A stretch of 64,000 bases of DNA from an uncultured bacterium (lineage in GTDB: Bacteria; Bacteroidota; Ignavibacteria; Kapaibacteriales; UBA2268), in the NCBI GenBank assembly GCA_942493235.1, contig OW818676.1:2919605-2983604 (forward strand), written 5' to 3'. Both the position numbers and the translations under genes were made by a program. The notes below the pieces were generated by a model. That model saw nothing but the letters and a program-made list of their open reading frames with translations, was not told the DNA's origin and ran no database searches. This document shows, one piece after another, positions 59,568 to 64,000 of this stretch; position 1 is the stretch's first letter, and each line of letters opens with the position of its first letter.

Positions 59568-60920
59568 ATGAGTAAAGAAGTAATAATAACAGGAGGCGGA
59601 ATAGCCGGAATATATTCTGCTTATCTATTGTCTAATCAAGGATATAGGGTTAAACTGATTGAAGCAAATTCTTATATAGGTGGTAAATGCAGATCGTTTA
59701 TCGATAAAATAAGTGGCGAAGAAATAGACAATGGACAGCACTTGTTTATGGGAGCTTATACTCATTTTTTAGGTTTAATTGAAAATATTTCCGATATTAA
59801 TAATCTAAAAATATTTACCGGTCTTCATTTGGATATTTTTAGTTCCGGTGGCAAAAAGTACTCCCTGTCCAGCGGAAATTTCAGTGGCAAACTCGGCATG
59901 ATCAGGGCTTTATTCAAATTAGATGGTATTTCTCGACAGTCCAAATTTAATATTATTAAATTATTCCTCAAAATTCCATTTATCAAAGCAGAAGACTACA
60001 ACATTTCGGCAACTAAGTACCTGATGCAAAATGGTCAATCAAGTGAAATAATCAGAATATTCTGGGAACCTCTTATTTTAGCAGTCTGTAACACAACACC
60101 ATCGACAGCATCGGCAAAATTACTAATTAATGTACTAAAAAAATCATTCCTTTCAGATGATTATTCTTCGAAAATAATACTCTCTAAAGTCGGACTATCT
60201 CAACTATTAAAGAATTTTGATGACTACCTGAAAGCAAGAAATGGCGAAATCATCTACAATACAAGTATTAAAAGTATAATCATCGAAAATAAAAAGGCAA
60301 TAGGAATTGAAACTAATAAAGGTGAAATTTATAATGCAGATATTATTATTTCGTCTCTACCCTATTATAGCTTAGAGAAAGTTTTAAGTGATGAATTATA
60401 TTTCTCAGACTTTTTTAAAAGTTTGAAATTCTATAAAAACTCTTCTATTATGTCTGTTTATTTATGGTATCAACGCGAAATAGTCACTGATGACTACTTT
60501 GCAATGATAGATTCTAATGTTCAGTGGGTATTTAATCGTAGAAATTATATTAATACCGAGCCGGAAATCACTAATAAATTTAAGGGACATCTAACTGTAA
60601 CAATAAGTGATGCCGACAGATTTAATAATATGACTAAATATGAAATCATCGATTTAATCACAGATGACCTTGAAATTGCAATACCGGAAATCAAAAATAA
60701 CAAATTATTACATTATCAAATCATTAAAGAAAAAAGAGCTACATTTACAGCTACTCACGAAATAGAGAAATTCAGATTAAAGCAATGCCCACCAATTGAT
60801 TCGCTTTATGTTGTCGGGGACTGGACAGACACATCATTTCCGGCAACAATAGAGGGTGCATGTATTAGTGCTGATATCGCAGTAAAAAATATTTTAAAGT
60901 CGGATACTTTACTTTCATAA
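59568..60920 (+). CDS. hpnE: Hydroxysqualene dehydroxylase HpnE-like FAD-dependent oxidoreductase
   Basis: GGGIAG Rossmann motif, GGKCRSF, IDNGQHLFMGAY, FWEPL.LAVCNT, EKRATF, GDWTDT.FPATIEGA; ATG at 59568 has an AGGAG RBS. Confidence 0.8.
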   Translation: MSKEVIITGGGIAGIYSAYLLSNQGYRVKLIEANSYIGGKCRSFIDKISGEEIDNGQHLFMGAYTHFLGLIENISDINNLKIFTGLHLDIFSSGGKKYSLSSGNFSGKLGMIRALFKLDGISRQSKFNIIKLFLKIPFIKAEDYNISATKYLMQNGQSSEIIRIFWEPLILAVCNTTPSTASAKLLINVLKKSFLSDDYSSKIILSKVGLSQLLKNFDDYLKARNGEIIYNTSIKSIIIENKKAIGIETNKGEIYNADIIISSLPYYSLEKVLSDELYFSDFFKSLKFYKNSSIMSVYLWYQREIVTDDYFAMIDSNVQWVFNRRNYINTEPEITNKFKGHLTVTISDADRFNNMTKYEIIDLITDDLEIAIPEIKNNKLLHYQIIKEKRATFTATHEIEKFRLKQCPPIDSLYVVGDWTDTSFPATIEGACISADIAVKNILKSDTLLS

Positions 60921-60940
60921 CTAAGCCTCCAAAAGGGCTA

Positions 60941-60971
60941 TTCATCCGATGGATTGATGCTATCGGATGAA
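60941..60971. terminator. Hairpin between convergent genes
   Basis: TTCATCCGAT...ATCGGATGAA stem; no clear U-tract. Confidence 0.45.
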
Positions 60972-61077
60972 TTCCAATCAATGAATTCTAATCAATAAAT
61001 ATTTTTGTTTACTCAAAATTACACGGGTTAATATTTATTTATCACCGGCTAACAATCACTAATCACGACAACGTCGA

Positions 61078-63519
61078 CTACATACCGCCAGGACCACCAC
61101 CGGTAGGAGGTTTAACGACTGATCCGGTGCCTTTATCACGAGTCTTGAATCCGTCATTGATTTTATATTGGAAACCGATACTAATCGAACGTGAATTGTA
61201 TTTATAAGATGATTCGATAATATAATCGGTACCTTTAGTTATCCGTCTATAATCAACTAAATCAAAGGGGTCAGAGAAATTCAAACTAAATTCAATATTT
61301 CCGTCAAATAATTCCCAACGCAGTGATAAATTAGAATATATGACATCATTGGAGCTACCGGTTGCAGTTTCAGATTCAGGTCTATAATAACAAAATCCCT
61401 GAAAAAACAAGCCTTTTAAAGGATTGACGGAGAAATTGCCGCTTATGCTCCAAGACTTATCAGATTTTGAATACTTATTATTAGGTAATTCTACATTATA
61501 GTCAAAGATATAATAGGAAGCATTGATTCCTAATGTCATTATTTCAAAGAACCTACCTTGATAGTTCAGATCTAATCCGTAGTTGTTGCTATTGGCATAA
61601 TTTCCAAATGTCCTATATATTACATTATCAGCAATAAGATGGCTGTATTCTGTGATTGAAGATATTTCACGCCTAAAGAAAACACTTGGAGTAAATACAT
61701 GCCCGCTAATAATCTTCATATAGCTTAATTCAAAAGAATGTGTATATTCAGGCTTTAGGTCAGGATTACCTTTAGAAATCAAATTAGGATCACTTTTATC
61801 CTCATAAGGAACTAAATACCAAAACCATGGGCGATTAGTACGTTTACTATAACTAAGCTGTAACTGCTCCATCGGAGTAAAAGAGTAACTCATCGATAAA
61901 GTCGGGAATACATCGAAATAAGATTTCTCAATAGTAATATCTTTATTTTTAATGTCTCCGTTAGTTTTAAAATTCTCGGCTCTGATTCCGATTTGATAAT
62001 TAAATTTATCCCAAGTATCATTTAATATGGTATAAGCAGCGTAAGTTAGTTGAGTATTATCATAATCGCTTGTAGCATCAGGATTTAAATTCCAAGTATT
62101 ATCAAAAGGATTAAAATTTTGATAATCAGTAAAGTTTTTAGTATAATCATATTCCGCTCTAAGCCCGGACTCTAATCTCATAGTTTTACTTAAGGGATAT
62201 ACATAGTTTAGCTCTCCGTTAAAATTATCGGAAGAGTTATCAGATTTGATTTTATTAGTCAATAAATTCGGAACTAATTCATTATTGGCATTATAAGTAA
62301 GTACATTTGTCATTGATTTTGAATTATATGACCAATTATTATAATATATATCCGTAGTTAATTCCTGCCCGTTAGTATCAATAGTAAATTTGTAAAAAGT
62401 AGAGATATTATAATTATTGTATGGGCTGTCATTATCATCATCTTGTTTATTGGTAAGATAAACCAAGTTACTACTATTACTATATTTACTTAGTTTATTA
62501 CCAATACTATTGTTATTAGAAAGACCAAAATTTGCCGATACCGTAACAGAATGCTTATCATTAATATCGTAGTCTAAACCAAATTTGCCGTTATGGCTAT
62601 TATATTTACCTTCACCATCACTATAACTGTAATTATACATAGCATCGGGCGATTTAAATGCAGTTGTTTTACTTTCGCTGGAAAAAGGGTATTTCCCAAT
62701 ATAGAAATTATAACCACCGAATATATTATAATTGTTTTTTCGATAATTTAAATTCAAACTTCCGTTATACGAATTTTGAGAGCCTGCTCCAAGGTCTAGA
62801 ATTCCGTTAAGTCCTAAATCTTTTTTCTTTTTAAGTACGAAATTTATAATACCGGTCTGCCCTTCTGCTTCATATTTAGCCGACGGATTAGTATTGATTT
62901 CAATATTCTCAACAGCCGAAGCAGGAATCATTTCTAATACTTTTTTGGGGTCCTGCCCTTGCATTTGAGATGGTTTACCGTCAATAAGTATAGTTACATT
63001 TGAATTACCGCGTAATTTAATATCACCCTCCGGAGTAACCTCAACCATAGGAGCGGTTTTAAGTGCATCGACCGCCGACCCGTTTTGAGCTGCAGGATTA
63101 TTCTCAATATTGACTACAGTTTTCCCATTATCAAAAGTGATTAATGGCTTTTCGGCAGTTACTATTACGTCATTAGTTAGTAGTTCGCCTTTTTCAAGCC
63201 TTATGATACCTAAGTCAATCTTATTATCATTTTTTAAAACATCAATATCGGTATTCCAATAGGGTAAACAGCCGACAAAGCTAATTTTCAGTAAGTATTT
63301 CCCTTTGTCAACATCTTTGATTTCAAATTCGCCTTTAATATTGGAATTATCTCCTTTAACCACTGATGAATCTTTTACATTCAATAGAGCAACTCTGGCA
63401 GACTGCATTGGTTTGTTAGTCTCTGAGTCATAGACTATACCATTGATAATACCATTAGAAAATGCAGAACTTGATATAGTAATCAGCAATAAACAAATTT
63501 TCAACATAAATATTTTCAT
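61078..63519 (-). CDS. TonB-dependent receptor-like outer-membrane beta-barrel with N-terminal CarboxypepD-like domain
   Basis: Signal peptide, G.VYDSET..P...A.V.L, plug (LKTAPMVEVT.EG.I.LRG, ILIDGKPS, NPSAKYEAEG..GIIN), SYSKR.NRP, GNPDLKPE; start at 63519 or 63531. Confidence 0.88.
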   Translation of the reverse strand: MKIFMLKICLLLITISSSAFSNGIINGIVYDSETNKPMQSARVALLNVKDSSVVKGDNSNIKGEFEIKDVDKGKYLLKISFVGCLPYWNTDIDVLKNDNKIDLGIIRLEKGELLTNDVIVTAEKPLITFDNGKTVVNIENNPAAQNGSAVDALKTAPMVEVTPEGDIKLRGNSNVTILIDGKPSQMQGQDPKKVLEMIPASAVENIEINTNPSAKYEAEGQTGIINFVLKKKKDLGLNGILDLGAGSQNSYNGSLNLNYRKNNYNIFGGYNFYIGKYPFSSESKTTAFKSPDAMYNYSYSDGEGKYNSHNGKFGLDYDINDKHSVTVSANFGLSNNNSIGNKLSKYSNSSNLVYLTNKQDDDNDSPYNNYNISTFYKFTIDTNGQELTTDIYYNNWSYNSKSMTNVLTYNANNELVPNLLTNKIKSDNSSDNFNGELNYVYPLSKTMRLESGLRAEYDYTKNFTDYQNFNPFDNTWNLNPDATSDYDNTQLTYAAYTILNDTWDKFNYQIGIRAENFKTNGDIKNKDITIEKSYFDVFPTLSMSYSFTPMEQLQLSYSKRTNRPWFWYLVPYEDKSDPNLISKGNPDLKPEYTHSFELSYMKIISGHVFTPSVFFRREISSITEYSHLIADNVIYRTFGNYANSNNYGLDLNYQGRFFEIMTLGINASYYIFDYNVELPNNKYSKSDKSWSISGNFSVNPLKGLFFQGFCYYRPESETATGSSNDVIYSNLSLRWELFDGNIEFSLNFSDPFDLVDYRRITKGTDYIIESSYKYNSRSISIGFQYKINDGFKTRDKGTGSVVKPPTGGGPGGM

Positions 63520-63557
63520 AAAATAACCCATATTAAATACTAAAGTACAAAATATAT

Positions 63558-63583
63558 TACGTTTGACTAATTATAATGTTTCA
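63558..63583 (-). promoter_or_regulatory. Putative ECF promoter TGAAAC-N16-CGTA
   Basis: Plus-strand TACG at 63558-63561 and GTTTCA at 63578-63583; matches the SigW-type consensus and sits 27-39 nt upstream of the receptor start. Confidence 0.55.
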
Positions 63584-63790
63584 TTTTTGATTAATGTAAT
63601 TTAAAACAAGATAATTATTATAAACAATGCAATAAAGGGATGTTTAACGGGAAAATATAGCAGGAATCTTGCATATTTTACTCAAAAATAAAAAATAACT
63701 TGGAAATTGCAATTTATCTTCTTATTTTAAGTTTGTATTAATTTACAATTGAAAATGGGAAAATTAACCAATTTATATATCGGAGTTATT

Positions 63791-64000
63791 ATGGCTAAAT
63801 CTTCAAACAATGATGTTACAAATACAATGAGTCTCGAATATCACATTAAAGAATTAATTGTAGGACACCGTAAATTTGAAACCGCTTTCCAGTCTGTTTC
63901 ACACATGATATTGGGCAAATCAAGCAGAATTGATAAAATCACTGTTAATGGTCGCTCAACTTATGACTTTAAAGTATTCCGAGATAAAAAGAAACATATT
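63791..64000 (+). CDS. Probable PrkA-family serine protein kinase, 3'-truncated by the window edge
   Basis: Open 70-codon frame MAKSSNNDV...RKFETAFQSVSHMIL...ITVNGRSTYDFKVFRDKKKHI after a GGAG RBS; resembles PrkA-type N-termini as I recall them, but the ATPase motif is outside the window. Confidence 0.55.
   Translation, partial: MAKSSNNDVTNTMSLEYHIKELIVGHRKFETAFQSVSHMILGKSSRIDKITVNGRSTYDFKVFRDKKKHI

Noticed and set aside
1-64000. tRNA, rRNA, integrase or prophage genes
   Set aside because: No cloverleaf/T-loop signatures, rRNA-like blocks, recombinase motifs or phage genes were recognised.

Overview
AT-rich chromosomal segment of an FCB-group bacterium. T9SS C-terminal domains, TonB systems and a chemoreceptor suggest a Kapabacteria/Ignavibacteria-like lineage (inference). 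Most of the window is housekeeping and envelope genes: mutS2, xth, accBC, mtnA, uvrC, mrdA, serS, fumC, typA, a U32 protein, AmrS, HpnE, three histidine kinases, an MCP and two TonB-type receptors, one of them under a TPP riboswitch. No CRISPR array, cas, reverse transcriptase, integrase, transposase, tRNA or rRNA gene was recognised. The unusual signal is mainly non-coding or architectural. (1) A ~1.7 kb five-unit tandem mosaic of several palindromic REP-like modules (7358-9020) with compensatory base changes; an inverted copy at 5528-5709 brackets an ECF sigma locus that carries two mirror-image promoters. (2) A ~300 bp dispersed element in three copies and several small TIR-bounded elements, one nested in another and inserted in a REP loop. 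(3) A BlaI locus with tandem operator-like palindromes and three TonB-C paralogs, two of which share a near-identical ~970 bp M56 segment but have divergent C-termini. (4) A PD40 gene split at an in-phase A8 slippery run. (5) A 40-bp tandem repeat upstream of a TrkA/KtrA gene. All family calls come from motif recognition by eye, with no database searches. I cannot establish that any of this is previously undescribed.
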